Below are positions 25,386-38,914 of a stretch of 64,000 nt of DNA, in pieces. The DNA is from Chiloscyllium plagiosum (lineage: Eukaryota). Position numbers and translations under genes: made by a program. The DNA lies in assembly GCF_004010195.1 (NCBI RefSeq), contig NC_057719.1:52844745-52908744 (forward strand), given 5' to 3'. A model generated the notes under the pieces. The model was not told where the DNA came from, did no database searches, and was given only the letters and a program-made list of their open reading frames with translations. The stretch's first letter is position 1. Every line of letters begins with the position of its first letter.

Positions 25386-26182
25386 TACAGTAAACAATCT
25401 TTTATAGTGGGATATGCAGAAACCAGCATGCTATTGGCATCACTTCCTACTGTCTCCCGATTCATCCTTTGTCATGACATTCATTTGTAAAATGTATAAC
25501 AGCTTGTCACCCTTTGTTTATCAACTGGAATTTTATCAAGATAAGTAGACGAGTGCACAATTTATACATGTGCTTGGAACATGCAGTGTCACCTTCCAGT
25601 GATTAACCATCAATGCAAATAACACAACTGTCACACCGAATTATTCCAGAAAATTCCAAGCGAAAAGAACCATGTGTGAATCCACAGTAACTGCTGATGT
25701 CTTCAACCAATAAATGCTTGAAATATCCATACAAACTAATAGATATCATTCTTTTATATGCTTTAAGTTACGGAACTAAACCAATACAAAGCATAGCTGT
25801 GTCCTCTTCAAAGGCATATTTATCTTCATTAGCATAAGCTTACATTAGTTTCAATCAAAAGAGCAACCATAAAACCAGCAAACCATGACCTTATTTTTGA
25901 TCTGGACCAAATGACTTACTTCCTTAAAGAAACTGTTTTAAAACTGACTTCAATTTAATCAAGCATAGTTTAATTTCTCACTTGTTTGATAAAATAAGAA
26001 TATTAATTGAAAAATAACTCTCAAATCACCCCACGCCCTACACTTCCCCTCTTCCACTCCCATTCCCATTCCCTCCCATCTCTCATATAGCCCTATCAGA
26101 ATTTTTCAAAGTATTAATTAAGACTTCACTATCATTCTATTACATACACTGATTTAAAACAAAAATGAAATTACAAACACAG

Positions 26183-26520
26183 TTTATTCATTACATATAT
26201 TTAGGGCCATTTTTGTGTTACAATAGTAAGGTCACCCTTTGGAAAACATATTTTATACAATAAAATCATCAAGAAAGTGAAAGGGTTTCAATCACTTTCT
26301 TTGCATCCCTGACTTTCCCAGTAACTAGCCGTCTCTGGAACATGCTGCCTTTGATCTGGCCACATTTTCCATGCTTTTTGTATCATATTCTGCTGTGTGA
26401 AGTAAAATGATAATAGCTTTTTAAGCCAGAGACAGTCATGAATGACTTCTGCCAACTCAGTTTCTAAAATTGCAGCTTGTTCAACCACAATCCCAGTGGA
26501 ATCCTCTTTGGTACCTGCTT
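26183..26520 (-). other. Candidate 3'-terminal exon (open frame EAGTKEDSTGIVVEQAAILETELAEVIHDCLWLKKLL...KESD*) with poly(A) signal
   Basis: Acceptor ttttgatgcatttcag|, 77 open codons to TGA at 26288-26290, AATAAA at 26183-26188 followed by a GT/T-rich tract; protein not recognised. Confidence 0.35.
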
Positions 26521-27428
26521 CTGAAATGCATCAAAACTAATTTCCTGAATCAAGAAACATGAAAAGGCATCCAAATGTCACAGCATAAAAATAACACAAA
26601 ATAAACACAATTTCATTGTTTAGTTTTCATGTGCAATTTTTCAAAAGTTCTTGTTGTGGAATTTAATTAATATTCATAAAACTAAAAATGGCAAGGTTGA
26701 CTCAACTAGTTGATGACTTTGCAAATACTCTGCTGTAAATAAAACAATAATTCTTATCCTGTCTGAAAATGAGAACTATTCAAATGACAATTGAAATCAA
26801 ATTTATATTCAAAAAGAGCTGTTTTAAATGATTAATAATGATACTTTTTTGGCATTGGGATAATTTTATTACAACACTGTCTATTACGTGCACTAATCTG
26901 GAGAATAGTTTGAGCTGGCCATTCACAATCATAATGAAATACTTAGATCTGATGATTTGATAAGTGTTTTGTGAATGATTAGGAGAATTGGCAATGTTTA
27001 CAAATCATGCTTTATGCAGTTATACTATATTTTAAAAACAACATACAGGTAACATGGTAGTTGTGTTCCGTGTGACTTTATGTTATAGAAAATCGTGTAA
27101 TATAAATATTGGGGCCTATGGGAAAAACAGGGTTGGGGCAAACCACCAAAAATACCAGTAAAAATCAAACCAAACATGATAGTTAGCCTAAGACAACCTA
27201 TAGCTCAGTCTAAGTAAATGTTAAAACCATATACTTTAAATATAACAGTTAAGTCAACACTTTAACACTAAAATCACTGGCTACAGCACTGTACCTTTCA
27301 CAAAGTTCTTCACCAGAAAGCATGCGAGCGAACTGACCAGGCGATGCTGAGGCAGAGTCCAGTACTCTGTCCACCGCAACACTTAGTGTCTGGGGATGGA
27401 AAGGGTAACTATTCAAAGGGGGAGAAAA

Positions 27429-27452
27429 CAGTCAGTCAGTCAGTCAGTCAGT
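27429..27452. repeat. (CAGT)6 microsatellite
   Basis: cagtcagtcagtcagtcagtcagt. Confidence 0.95.
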
Positions 27453-30400
27453 GCAGGAATCCCTTGTGGTCATTCCCCTGAAAATACAAGTATACTGTTT
27501 TCGATACTGTAGGGGCAAGCAGTGGGGCCCAGGTCTCTGGCACAGAATCTGTCCCTGTTACACACAAGAGAAGGAGAGAAAGGAGGAGAGTGTTAGTCAT
27601 TGGGGACTCAATAGTTAGAGGCTCAGACAGAAGATTTGTTGGAACAAACGAGACTCACGGTTGGTGCATTGCCTCCCAGGTGCCAGGGTCCATGATGTCT
27701 CGGATCGTTTCTTTGGGGTCCTGAAGGGAGAGGGTGACCAGCCCCAAGTCATAGTCCATGTAGGTACCAATGACATAGGTAGAAAGAGGGATAGGGATAA
27801 AAGACAGGATTTCAGGGAGCTAAGGTGGAAGCTGAGAGCTCGAACAAACAGAATTGTTATCTCGTTTGTTAACCATACCACACGATAGGAAGGCAAGGAA
27901 TAGGGAGAGATATCAGCTGAACACATGGCTGCATGTATGGTGCGGGAGGGAGGGTTTCAGGTACATGAATAATTGGGGCTCATTTTGGGGAAGGTGGGAC
28001 CTCTATAAACAGATTGTCTTTGCTTGAACCAGAGGGGTACTAATATCCTGGGTGGGAAATTTGCTGGTACAATTTGGGTCGGTTTAAATTAGCTCAGCAG
28101 GTGGATGGGAACCTGAGGTGTAGTTCCAGTGCACAGGAGGGTGAGATTAAGAAGGGCATGGACAGGATTTCATGGTCACAGGAATCTGCTGGCAGATAGC
28201 AAGCTGGTTTGAAGTGTGTCAACTTCAATGCCAGAAGTATCTGAAATAAGGTAGGTGAGCTTACAGTATGGATAGGTACCTGGGACTTCGATGTTGTGGC
28301 CATGTCAGAGACATGGATAGAGCAGGGTCAAGAATGGATGTTGCAGGTTCCAGGGTTTAGATCTTTCATTAAGAACAGGGGGAGATATGGCCTTGTTAGT
28401 CAAGGACAGTATAACGGTGGCTGAAAGAACTTTTGATGAGGACTTGTCTACTGAGGTAGTATGGGTTGAGTTTAGAAACAGGAGAGAAGAGGCCATTCTG
28501 CTGGGAGTTTTGTATAGGCCTCTGCAGAGTTCCAGGGATGTGGAGGAAAGTATTGGCAAAATGATTCTGGGCAGGAGTGAAAGGAACAGAGAGTGGTCAT
28601 TATGGGGGACATTAACCTCCCCAACATTGATCGGAAATGCTATAACTCTAGTACGTTGGATGGATCAGTTTTTGTCTAATGCATGCAGGAGGGTTTCCTG
28701 ACACAGTATGTTGAAGGGCCGACAAGAGGGAATGTCACACTGGATCTGTTGCTTTGTAATGAACCAGGCCAGGTGTTTTGATTTAGTGGTAGGTGAGCAC
28801 TTTGGAGAAAGTGACCATAATTTGGTTACATTTAGTTTAGCGATGGAAAGGGATAGGTACATGCCACAGAGCAAGAGTTATCGATATGAATTATAATGCA
28901 ATTAGGCAAGAAGTCGGATGCATAGCGATGGGGACAATGGAAAGGTGGAGCTGGTTTAAGGAACAGATATTGTGTATCCTTGATAGGTATGTCCCTGTTA
29001 GGCAGGGAGGAAGTGAGAAGGTAAGGGAACAGAAATTGCATCTCTTGTTAAGTGGAAGAAGGCGGCTTATGTGATGATGAGACAAGATGGTTCAGATGAG
29101 GTGATGGAGAGTTACAGATTAGCAAGGATGGATTTAAAGAGAGAGTTAAGAGCAAAGACAGGACATGAGCAGTCTTTAGCAAACAGAGTAAAGAAGAACC
29201 CTAAAGCTTTCTACAAGTATGTGAGGAATAAAAGGATGACTAGGGTAGGAATAGGACTAGTCAAAGACAGAAGAGGAAAGTTATGTGGACCGTGTAGAAG
29301 TCAGAGAGATGCTGAACAAACATTTCTCATCGATTTTCACTCAGGAAAAGGAGAATATTGTAGAGAAGAATGAAATATGGGATATTAGACTAGAAAGGAT
29401 CGAGGTTAGTAAGAAAGAGGTGTTATCAATTCTAGAAGGAGTGAAAGTAGACAAGTCTCCTGTGCCAGATGGGATTTATCTGAGGATTCTCTGGGAAGCT
29501 CAGGAGGAGATGTTCGAGACCTTGGCTTTGATATTTGAGTCGTCATTGTCTATAGGTTTAGTACCAGAGGACTAGAGGATTGCAAATGTTATGACTTTGT
29601 TCAAGAAGGGCAGTAGAGATGACCCAGGTAATTATAGACCAGAGAGCCTTATGTCTGTTGTAGGAAAAGTTTTGGAAAGGATTATAAAAGATAGGATTTA
29701 TAATCATCTAACAAGCAACTATTTGATTGCAGATAGTCAACATGGATTCGTCAAGGGCAGGTCATGTCTCACAAACCTCAATGAGTTGTTTGAGAAGGTG
29801 ACAAAGCATGTGGATGAGGGTAGGGCAGTTGACGTGGTGTACGTGGACTTCAGTAAAGCCTTTGATAAGGTTCCACGTGGTAGGTTATTGGAGAAAATGC
29901 TTAGACATATGATTAAGGGTGATTTTGTTGTGTGTCATTTTTATAAATGACTTAGGCACAAGCATAGGTGGATGGGTTAGCAAGTTTGCAGATGACACTA
30001 AAGTCGGTGGAGTAGTGGACAATGTGGAAGAATGTTGCAGGTTGCAGGGGGACTTGGATGAACTGCAGAATTGGGCTGACAGGTGGCAAATGGAGTTCAA
30101 TGCAGCTAAATGTGATGTGATTCACTTTGGAAAGAATAACAGGAAGGCAGAATATTGGGTCAATGGGAAGATTCTTGGTAGTGTGGATGTGCAGAGGGAT
30201 CTTGGAGTCCATGTACATAGACCCTGAAAGTTGAAATCCATATGATCGTGCTGTTAAGAAGGTAAACGGTGTGTTTCTTGGTAGAGGGCAAAAATGAGGA
30301 CTGCAGATGCTGGAAATCGGAGTCTAGTTTAGAGTGGTGTTGGAAAAGCACAGCAGGTCAGACAGCATCCAAGGAGCAGGAAAACCGACATTTCGGGCAA

Positions 30401-31077
30401 AAGCCCTTCATCAGGAAATGTTGGTTTTCCTGTTCCTTGGACACTGCCTGACCTGCTGCGTTTTTCCAGCACCACTCTAATCGAGACTCTGATTTCCAGT
30501 TTTTGCAGTCCTTACTTACTGGTAGAGGGATTGAGTTCCAGGGCCGTAATGTCATGCTGCAATTATACTAAACACTAGCGCGGCCACACTTGGAATATTG
30601 CGTGCAGTTCTGGTCGCCCCATTACAGGAAGGATGTGGAAACATTGGAAAATGTGCAGAGGAGATTTACCAGGATGTTGCCTGGTCTGGAGGGAAGGTCT
30701 TATAAGGAAAGGCTGAGGGACTTGGGTCTGTTCTCATTGGAAAGAAGAAGGCTAAGAGCGGATTTGATAGAGACATACAAGATGATCAAGAATTAGATAC
30801 GGTAGACAGTGAAAGTCTTTTTCCTAGGATGATGATGTCAGCTTGTATGAGGGGGCATAGCTAAAGATTGAGGGGTGATAGATTTAAGTCAGAGGCAGGT
30901 TCCTTACTCAGAGAGTGGTAAGGGTGTGGAATGCCTTGTCTGCTGATGTAGTTAACTCAGCCACATGAGTGAGATTTAAACAATCTTTAGATAAGCACAT
31001 GGAGGTTGATGGGATAGTGTGGGGGGAATGGGCAACAATCGAGGGCTGTATTGTTCTATGTTCCAATTCTATGTTCT
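27450..31077 (+). mobile_element. Near-full-length decayed CR1 LINE: ORF1 SGNH esterase domain + ORF2 (APE endonuclease, RT)
   Basis: ORF1 VIGDSIVRG...CLPGARVHDV...VIVHVGTNDIG; APE NFNARSI...ETW...VLYRP...GESDHN; RT SQHGFVKGRSCLTNL, DFSKAFDKV, SKFADDTKVGG; tail (ttctatg)n; many stops and frameshifts. Confidence 0.95.
30289..30519. mobile_element. Imperfect fold-back PLE pLTR insertion inside CR1, 10-bp TSD
   Basis: tggtagaggg at 30279-30288 and 30520-30529; minus arm carries a hammerhead (30384-30417); plus arm 30418-30519. Confidence 0.88.
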
Positions 31078-31723
31078 GTTGCTTAACAGTCAGTGGGAGA
31101 TCGCTTTATAAATAAAAAGTCCACAATTCACAAATTGTATTACAGCCAAAATTCATTCAAGAAATGTGCGTTGTAGGAGAACCACCTGCACAACACTCAA
31201 GAAACTAAAATGAGATGGTTAACTATACAGATATAAACACTACTGATACTGATTTTTTTATCTTTAATACTTAGGTAGATTTATAAAGTTCTGTGCAATT
31301 AACCAGACATTCTGTGCAATAATATCAGACAGTCAGATTACAGAAAGTTTGGTGGTCTAATGGATATTTTAGAACTTGCAAAATGACTTTGGGGTGAAAA
31401 AAGCTGGAGGTCACATTGGTATGAGTAATGATTTTGGTATGCAACAACAGTATGGTAGTAAGATACATCTTCAACCTCAGCAATATACCAGGCCAAGAAA
31501 GCCTCTACATCGTATTTGTCTTGACAAAGTCAACAATGGAAGCAAGATGAATAAATTGTGCAGGTCATCGTTGCTTTGTCTTCTGCATAAATAAAAAAAA
31601 AAAATCCTGTTTGCACATTTAATCCATTTTTTTTTAGTGCAGCTACAATACTGATCATTATAGGTTGTTCCTAAAATGTTGCAATAAACTAAAAAGTGTT
31701 TGAGAAGTCAGTAGAAGTCATAC

Positions 31724-32222
31724 TCCACTTCCATTTACTTCATAGTTCTATTGTATGGTTCTTTTTGTGCCAATATCTAATTTACAATTCACAATTATTA
31801 TGTGATGTTTTAGCATTTGGTTCCTTGGAGACTTGTAGTTCTCTTTCTAGTATAATAATATCTTTAGTCTTTTCTGAATTGTTACATTCTTTAGTTTATC
31901 TTTCAAATTCTCTCCTGTCAGGATTCTACTTATCACTTCTTTTACAAAAATAACATATGTTGCTTCTTCCAACCTTTTTATATTCAGAATTTTGCTGTTT
32001 TCTAAATTTGCTTCTTGAAATTCTTTTATCCTTTCCAATATGCTGCATTGGTTATTTTATTTATTTGTCTTTCATCAGTCAGGCACAATGCTCATTGTTA
32101 TTCTCCTACGTCGTCACAACTATATTCTCTGCTCTTCACATTGAATCTTCAGAATGGATTTTTGTTTTCTTCAATTGTTCAACTTTGATGATAGTCTTGT
32201 CATTTTCAAAGACTCTATATTT
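31724..32222 (-). pseudogene. Candidate decayed exon of a coiled-coil protein
   Basis: tgtttcag acceptor; K/E/Q/L-rich heptad-like peptides in shifting frames (KQKSILKIQCEEQRI, LERIKEFQEANLENSK, IIILERELQVSKE) with many stops; no homologue recognised. Confidence 0.3.
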
Positions 32223-32761
32223 CTGAAACATCTATTTTTATTGATTATTGATGGTTTTGATTCATTGTATTGCTTTTAACCTGAGTTAGGCAGATATATT
32301 CACATAGAATTGCATGCATACATGGAACAGAAATACACAACTTAGAAGAAAGCTGGTGTGGAATATTGACATTAGAGTGAATCAGCTATCTGAATGATCT
32401 CTTTTCATTGCTGCTCCCTTATTCATCTATTTCCTTCCTCTCATGTGTATTTTAAGCTTTCCTTTGAACACTTTAGTACTATCTACTTATTTACTTTAAT
32501 AGCTCCATGTGCTAATGACTTCCACATGCCGACTACTCTGCTTCTAAACCCCATTTGTCCTGTTCCAGAAGTTGCTTCTCCATGTTCACCCTATAAAACT
32601 CCTTCATAATTGATTCATCTTTATTAAACCTTCTCTTGGTTTTGTAACTTTTTGCCTGATAAATCTTTCCTGATCAGTGAATCCTTTCAGTTCTGGTAAA
32701 ATCCTTGTAAATATTTTGTGGCCTTTCTCTATTTCTTTGCTATGCTTTCGATAGGACGGAG

Positions 32762-33020
32762 ACATAGAAAATGGAAACAGGCATAGGCCATTTAGTAGTT
32801 GAAGCTTGCTCCATCATTCAATCTGATTACAGCTCATCATCCAACTCAATACTTTGTTTCCATTTTCTCTCCAAACCCTTTGATCCCTTTACCTCTAGGA
32901 ACTACATCTACCTACTTCTTGAAAACATTCAGTGTTTTGGCATCGACTGCTTTCTGTGGTAGCAAATTGTACAGGCTCAACACTCTCTGGGTGAAGAAAT
33001 TTCTCCTCATCTCAAGCCTA
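32762..33020 (-). mobile_element. CR1 LINE 3' end fragment
   Basis: actctctgggtgaagaaatttctcctcatctc is the reverse complement of EMRRNFFTQRV; CR1 UTR. Confidence 0.8.
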
Positions 33021-34089
33021 ATAGAAATAGGATACAGACCAGAATTGTACATGGTACTCCAAAAGGTTTAGAATATAATTTAATGGAAATATAATGTTAC
33101 CTTCCTGCAGTTATATTTTGTTTCTCTGGAAATGAGCCCGAATATTTGTTTGAATTTTACTGCTTATCAATTTGTTTTGTTACTATTTGTGTTTTAAGCA
33201 TTCCTTGATTTCTTTGCTTTTCTGTTAGCTACTTACTTATTAACTGTTGAGAAAGTCACATGGAAGTCATATCGAGGATAGTAATGAAACAGGTAGGTTT
33301 TTGAATTTGAATTGTAGTTGAATAGCTGCCAGAGAACAGTTTCTGTTTATGATGCTCTCTCCATACACTGAAATACCGTTAATGTGCTATGTCAGCAGCA
33401 TTGTTCAAAAACCTCCTGGAGATTGTCAAGTTTCTTCCAGTGTGATCGTACTATTTTTAACTGGGTTGTTTGCATTTTCTTTTCAAAGCTTGATCTTGTG
33501 ATACTTTAAAACAACCTTTTTCTCTGCCATTCCTAGCAGTAGGATCTCCAAAATTGAATCCTGAAAGTATGATATTGTTCTGTTATTATAACAAACACTT
33601 CGATTTGCAGTAGTGGTACAATCATAAGGTTACCATTACCACAGACTATTATATCAATTAAACATATACAAACACAAGCATTTCTTTGCTATGTTGCTAA
33701 TGTTTGAGGACCCCTGCTCATCATGTCTCTTGGCTCTCTTTCTATTTGTTCATGGATTAACTGCTGTATTTCGTATGAGGAATTTAACACCTGCCACTCA
33801 GACTATACATAAGTTAGATGTTCACCATTACTTTATAGTCTGAAACATGATCACTCATATAAAAATATGAAAATAAATATCAAGCTCAGGTTACTTTTAG
33901 GCCATGAATGAGTATCATATTCAATTATATTTATGTTTCTTGGATAAACTAACACCAGAAAAATGCAGACAATTACAGAAGGTGCAATAAGCCAAAGGTG
34001 CACTCTAATGTTACTCAGTGCTTTCAGAAGAAAATCATTTTGCATGATAAAGATACTTGAAATAGAGATCATTTGCGAATCTTCAATTT

Positions 34090-34475
34090 TGCCCAGGGCA
34101 AATTCCCCTTAAGAAAGCTGAGAGGAAATCTGGTAAAGACATTCAAAATTATTGGCAGGCTGGATAAAATGGATAGGGAAATGCTGTTCCTGCTCATAAA
34201 CATTACAGGAAAGACAGAACTTGGATTTAAAGTGATTTGCAAAAGAGCAAATGTGAAGTGAGCAAAATCATTTCCACACAACAGGTATTTAGGGTATGGA
34301 GTATGGTAGAGGAAGATTCAATCGAAGCTTTCAAGCAGATGATTATTTGAATATAAATAATGTGTAGGGATATGGGGAGAAAAGCAAAACTTGGGCACGA
34401 GGTCATTGGACTGGCATTTGCACAATCAGCTAAATGGTCTCCTTCTGCCTTGTAAAAATTCTGTGATTTTATAAT
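34090..34475 (+). mobile_element. Old CR1 LINE 3' end fragment
   Basis: RKLRGNLVKTFKIIGRLDKMDREMLF; UTR aaatggtctccttctg...ttctgtgatt. Confidence 0.75.
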
Positions 34476-34764
34476 CCTGTGAAATAGGTTTAGCTCTTCA
34501 TAGAATCCCTATAGTGTGGAAACAGGCTCTTCAGCCCAACAAGTCCACACCAATCCTTCGAAAAGCATCCCACCCAAATCCATTCCCTAACCTATTATAA
34601 ATGGTCTCCTTCTGCCTTGTAAAAATTCTGTGATTCTATAATCCTGTGAAATAGGTTTAGCTCTTCATAGAATCCCTATAGTGTGGAAACAGGCCCTTCA
34701 GCCCAACAAGTCCACACCAATCCTTCGAAAAGCATCCCACCCAAATCCATTCCCTACCCTATTA
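34431..34764. repeat. Tandem duplication, 2 x 167 bp
   Basis: 34431-34597 and 34598-34764 differ at only 3 positions that I could see. Confidence 0.92.
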
Positions 34765-34980
34765 CTTTACATTTACCCCTGACTAATGCACCTAACCTCC
34801 ACATCATGAACACTATGGGCAATTTAGCACAGCCAATTCATCTAACCTGCACATCTTTGGACTATGGGAGGAAACCCATACAGATACGGGGAAACATACA
34901 GTCACCCGAGACTGGAATTGAACCCAGGTCCCCAGCACTGCGAGGCAGCAGTGCTAATCACTGAACCACCATGCCGCCCC
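34667..34980 (-). mobile_element. tRNA-derived V-SINE (HE1-like)
   Basis: Reverse complement begins ggggcggcatggtggttcagtgattagcactgctgcc; SINE tail acaggcccttcagcccaacaagtccacacc. Confidence 0.88.
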
Positions 34981-35699
34981 ACAGTGTAGCTATTGTATTT
35001 ATATGACTAGATTTAGATTCAGCAGTTTGCTTGATTTTTCGCCCAGCAATGAAATCTCTATTACCTCTATCACTGGCTCACTGGGGCTATTGTATACACG
35101 ATCTAAAAGATGCATGCCAAAAACTCACTGGGTTTACTTTGGCAGCATCTCCCTCTCTGAAGCCTCTAAGAAACATGAAGTAAATTAAATCTCGTGAATA
35201 ATCAACATTGATGTGAGAGGGTATTGGAACTTAGAGCAACCATGCTCTGGTATCACAGAGGTATACATCACTAAAGAAAAGATGAAGTCACTATAGTCCA
35301 ACTGGACCATTGGGCTGCCCCCTCATTACAGGTTCTCTATTCTCTCCAATATGATCTGTCCACCACTGAGCAGGGCAGCTTTAGAGTGGCAGTGCTTATC
35401 TGGGTGCACAGTACCCTTTTAAATATGGCATAGGCACCAGGGATTCTGGTCTTAGTGAATGGGGAGTTGTTCTGCAAATGGCTTGGATTAAGATGGAGGT
35501 GAGGTTAGATGCAAGGGATGGCATAAAGGCAGTGTAGGAAGTCAATGTTGTGAGTTTGATAAGATATGGGAGAAGTTTTGCTGGTCCTCACAGTGTAAAA
35601 CCTTCCAGATAACTCATTGCAATTGGCACTTACCCAGATTGTTTAACCTGAGAGTTACCAAACCTCAGGTGAGGATAGAATTTGAGAAAGTGAAACCAA

Positions 35700-36052
35700 A
35701 AAAGAGAAAATCCTGGAAAATCTCAGCAGGTCTGGCAGCATCTGTAAGGAGAGAAAAGAGCTGATGTTTCGAGTCTAACTGAGCCTTTGTCAAAGCTAAA
35801 AAAAAAAAGGGAGAAGTAGGGAAGTATTTATACCAGACTGAGAGAAGGTGAGTCATGGCTCCAGAAGCAAAGGCAGTGAAAAAAATTTTAAAATGATAAA
35901 TAAAATAAATGAAATAAAATTACGGAGCGGAATGAAAACAGATGGGTTGAGATGGGATAATCATCTGAAGTTGTTGAATTCAATGTTGAGATCGGCAGGC
36001 TGTAACGTGCCTAGTCGGAAGATGAGATGCTGTTCCTCCAGTTTGCGTTGAG
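35700..36052 (-). mobile_element. PLE 3' remnant (endonuclease C-terminus + pLTR with degenerate hammerhead 35759-35797)
   Basis: Reverse complement RKLEEQHLIFRLGTLQPA; AGCT-TTGACAA-A-GGCTC...GACTC-GAAA-CA-TC-AGCT. Confidence 0.75.
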
Positions 36053-38334
36053 AGAGTGAGTTGTTCATGATGACCTCAGCCACTCCAGAAATTTAAGACA
36101 TGTTGTTGACATCACTCTGCATCACAAATCAGCTGTTCAAGAGTTAGAACAATCTGGAAGGAACAGTCTGTAAGACACACTAGTGTGAGACTCTCTGAAA
36201 AAGACTCGAAAAGCACATAGACTGTGAACACTTAGTGTAGATGGATTGGTAATAATCAAATTTAGCTATAAGTTTAGCTTGGTATAAAATTTCCATTCAC
36301 AATAGTGTTTAGAATCAATGTACAATTAATAGTGTCACTTTGATATCTATGTCAGGAGACTGTCCTTGACTTACATTCTTCCCAACTTGTCTGCCTCACA
36401 CTCAATGTGGTTTAAAAACACAGGACAAAATAAAATCATCTCCAAACTGTACTTCCTCTTGACTAGGCCAAAACACAATCTTGATTAATCACTAAAAAAA
36501 ATCTTGGATTCCCAACCTAACATTGATGCAGGGTATCCTTACCATAGCAACAGCAGTGGTTCAAGGGATAGATCCAATATCATTTTCCCAGGACAACAAA
36601 TGTAATCACAGATGGGCATCAAATTTTTTCAAAGAGAGTAAGGCAATTTCAGATTTAATAATTCATGGATTGCCATCATGAGCTCTAGTATTCTCACCAT
36701 CTCAGTCTCACTGATGTTTCTCACCTCATAAAAGCTGAGGTGTCCTTCCCCAATCATAGATTTTTATCTTTCTGAACAAACAGGTGACTGGTTGTAACTA
36801 AATCTGCACTATGAAATAGTACCAGCTCCTCAACAACTGGTTCACCATGGAAACACAAATCCTGCATTTCGCTGCTAAATATCCAATCAACTCATTGGAA
36901 AAAGTTAAGATTTATCCAATCTAATGTAAATTATGCTTAAATGATAAGCGGTAAGTATTAATTACTTCCAAACAATCCCTCTGGTGCTAAAAAATACTTT
37001 TGCAAGCTCAGAGTCCCGTTATTTCAGATTTTAATTATTGTAGAAGATTTTATAAACATTAAAAATTAAATAAGGACTTGAAAATTTTCTTTCTGAATCT
37101 TCCAGTTGTCTGCTTTTTTTTTGTTTGCAATATATGGTTTGGCGCTGAAATAAATATTCTAAACGAACACACTGTTTAGGAAGATGTGCATTTAATCTTT
37201 TTTTCCAGCTAAATGCCAGTTGCATCAAGTTGTCTGGAGGGTATTACATCATGAGGACCAGCATAATTTCTCACTGTATTTTATCAAACTCACCCGTTAA
37301 CTCCTCACACCACCTTTATGCCATCCCTCACCTCTGATCCCATCTCCATTCGAACAAATGCATTCCCAGAACAACCCACCAATCACTGGATATCTGCTAA
37401 AGACCAGAATCCCTGGTGCCTGTGCTCTATTTAAAAGGACCTGTACATCCAGATGCCCTATCAAAACAGAATCCTGTCCCTGGCAAGAGAAGCCAAGAAG
37501 CGCTCCTGCAGGGATGCCATGTCCTGATATACTGGTAAATACCACTCTTCATCCCACTGTAACTTCTATAGTAAACCTACTGTCTGTCACACTGATTACA
37601 CTCCATATCGATAAACAGGCCAGGGTACCTTCTGTCTCTATTCCCTTGCAGGTACAGTCAGGGTGTTGACAACTTCTGCAGACAAAGGGCTTGTTGTGCC
37701 AGAAGCCTTCTCCTCAGTCCCTGAGGACAAGAGTATGGAAGCCTCAGAGGAAGCATTGGCAAGGCTACCTCCTGCACTCCCCACCAGTCCAGATGAATGG
37801 TGGCGAATGATTTATTTATTGTCACTTGTATTTTACATTGAATAATACAGTAAAAATACAGTGAAAAGCTCCAACAATTACCATAATGCCGTGCCATTTT
37901 GAATAGTTTAATAATAAAAAGGATAAAAGATATAGCTGAAAGAGTGTCTTAAACTCTAAGCCGGTTCGCCAACCACACCTGTTCCTCCACCCCTCTGCCA
38001 TTGCATGCGCTGGATCCAAAGTAGGAGTCGCCACTCTTTAGCCAACACTTCTTCATCGTTGGGTACACCACACTGGCACTGCTGTTGATGCCAATGTCGG
38101 GTCCTGTGCTGCATACACACTCTCCTCCACCCCCAACCAGAAGTTCCTGGTTCCACTGCCACCTCTATGATGCCAGGAGACCGGGCTCCAGGCATACTAT
38201 GCTGCTGCTGCTGCTGCTATAGCAATCTCACCAACACCAGAAGTGCCCACTCTGGGCCTACTGTAACCAGGATTCCATAGATTAACTGATAGACCAGACT
38301 GCAGCCTCCATCTCGTCCGAAGTCCTACTCTGGC

Positions 38335-38482
38335 CAGCTGCCAGAGGAAGTGGTGGAGGCTGGTACAATTACAGCATTTAAAAGTGCTGGCAAGTGGGAC
38401 TAGATTAGGTTGGGATATCTGGTCAGCATGGACGGGTTGGACCAAAAAGTGTCCGTTTCCGCTGTGCATCTCTATGACTCTA
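38335..38482 (+). mobile_element. CR1 tail fragment nested in an older GC-rich repeat
   Basis: gctgccagaggaagtggtggaggctggtaca...tctctatgactctatg, same family as 1-387. Confidence 0.8.
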
Positions 38483-38914
38483 TGTCACCTTGAAATGTCC
38501 GCTGCTGGTGCCACCTTTGATCACTGGATGAGCTTTGCCACCACTGCTTCGGTCAGCCCCGAATGACGAGAAGACGTCGCGGCTGCTGATACTGCCTCCA
38601 CCTCCAGTTGCTGTGAGGAGCCATGGTTGCTGACAGAAAGAGGCACCATTCCTCTCTAGCTGCCACGCCAGTTTTGCCGACTAACCCACAGCAAAAAGTC
38701 TCCAAAGCAAAGAAAATAAAAGAAAATGTTCATAAGTAAAAAAAAGATAAAGAACAAAAGAAAGTATTCATACGCCCTGGGCAAAAGCCCACATACAGCC
38801 CTGCTATTCCACAGCTATCTTGAATGAAATCAGTATTGGAATCTTGATACTGACAGCTCAATAGTAATGTTAATCTTGGAATGTTTAAGAGCACATACAT
38901 TCTGGTGACTGTCT

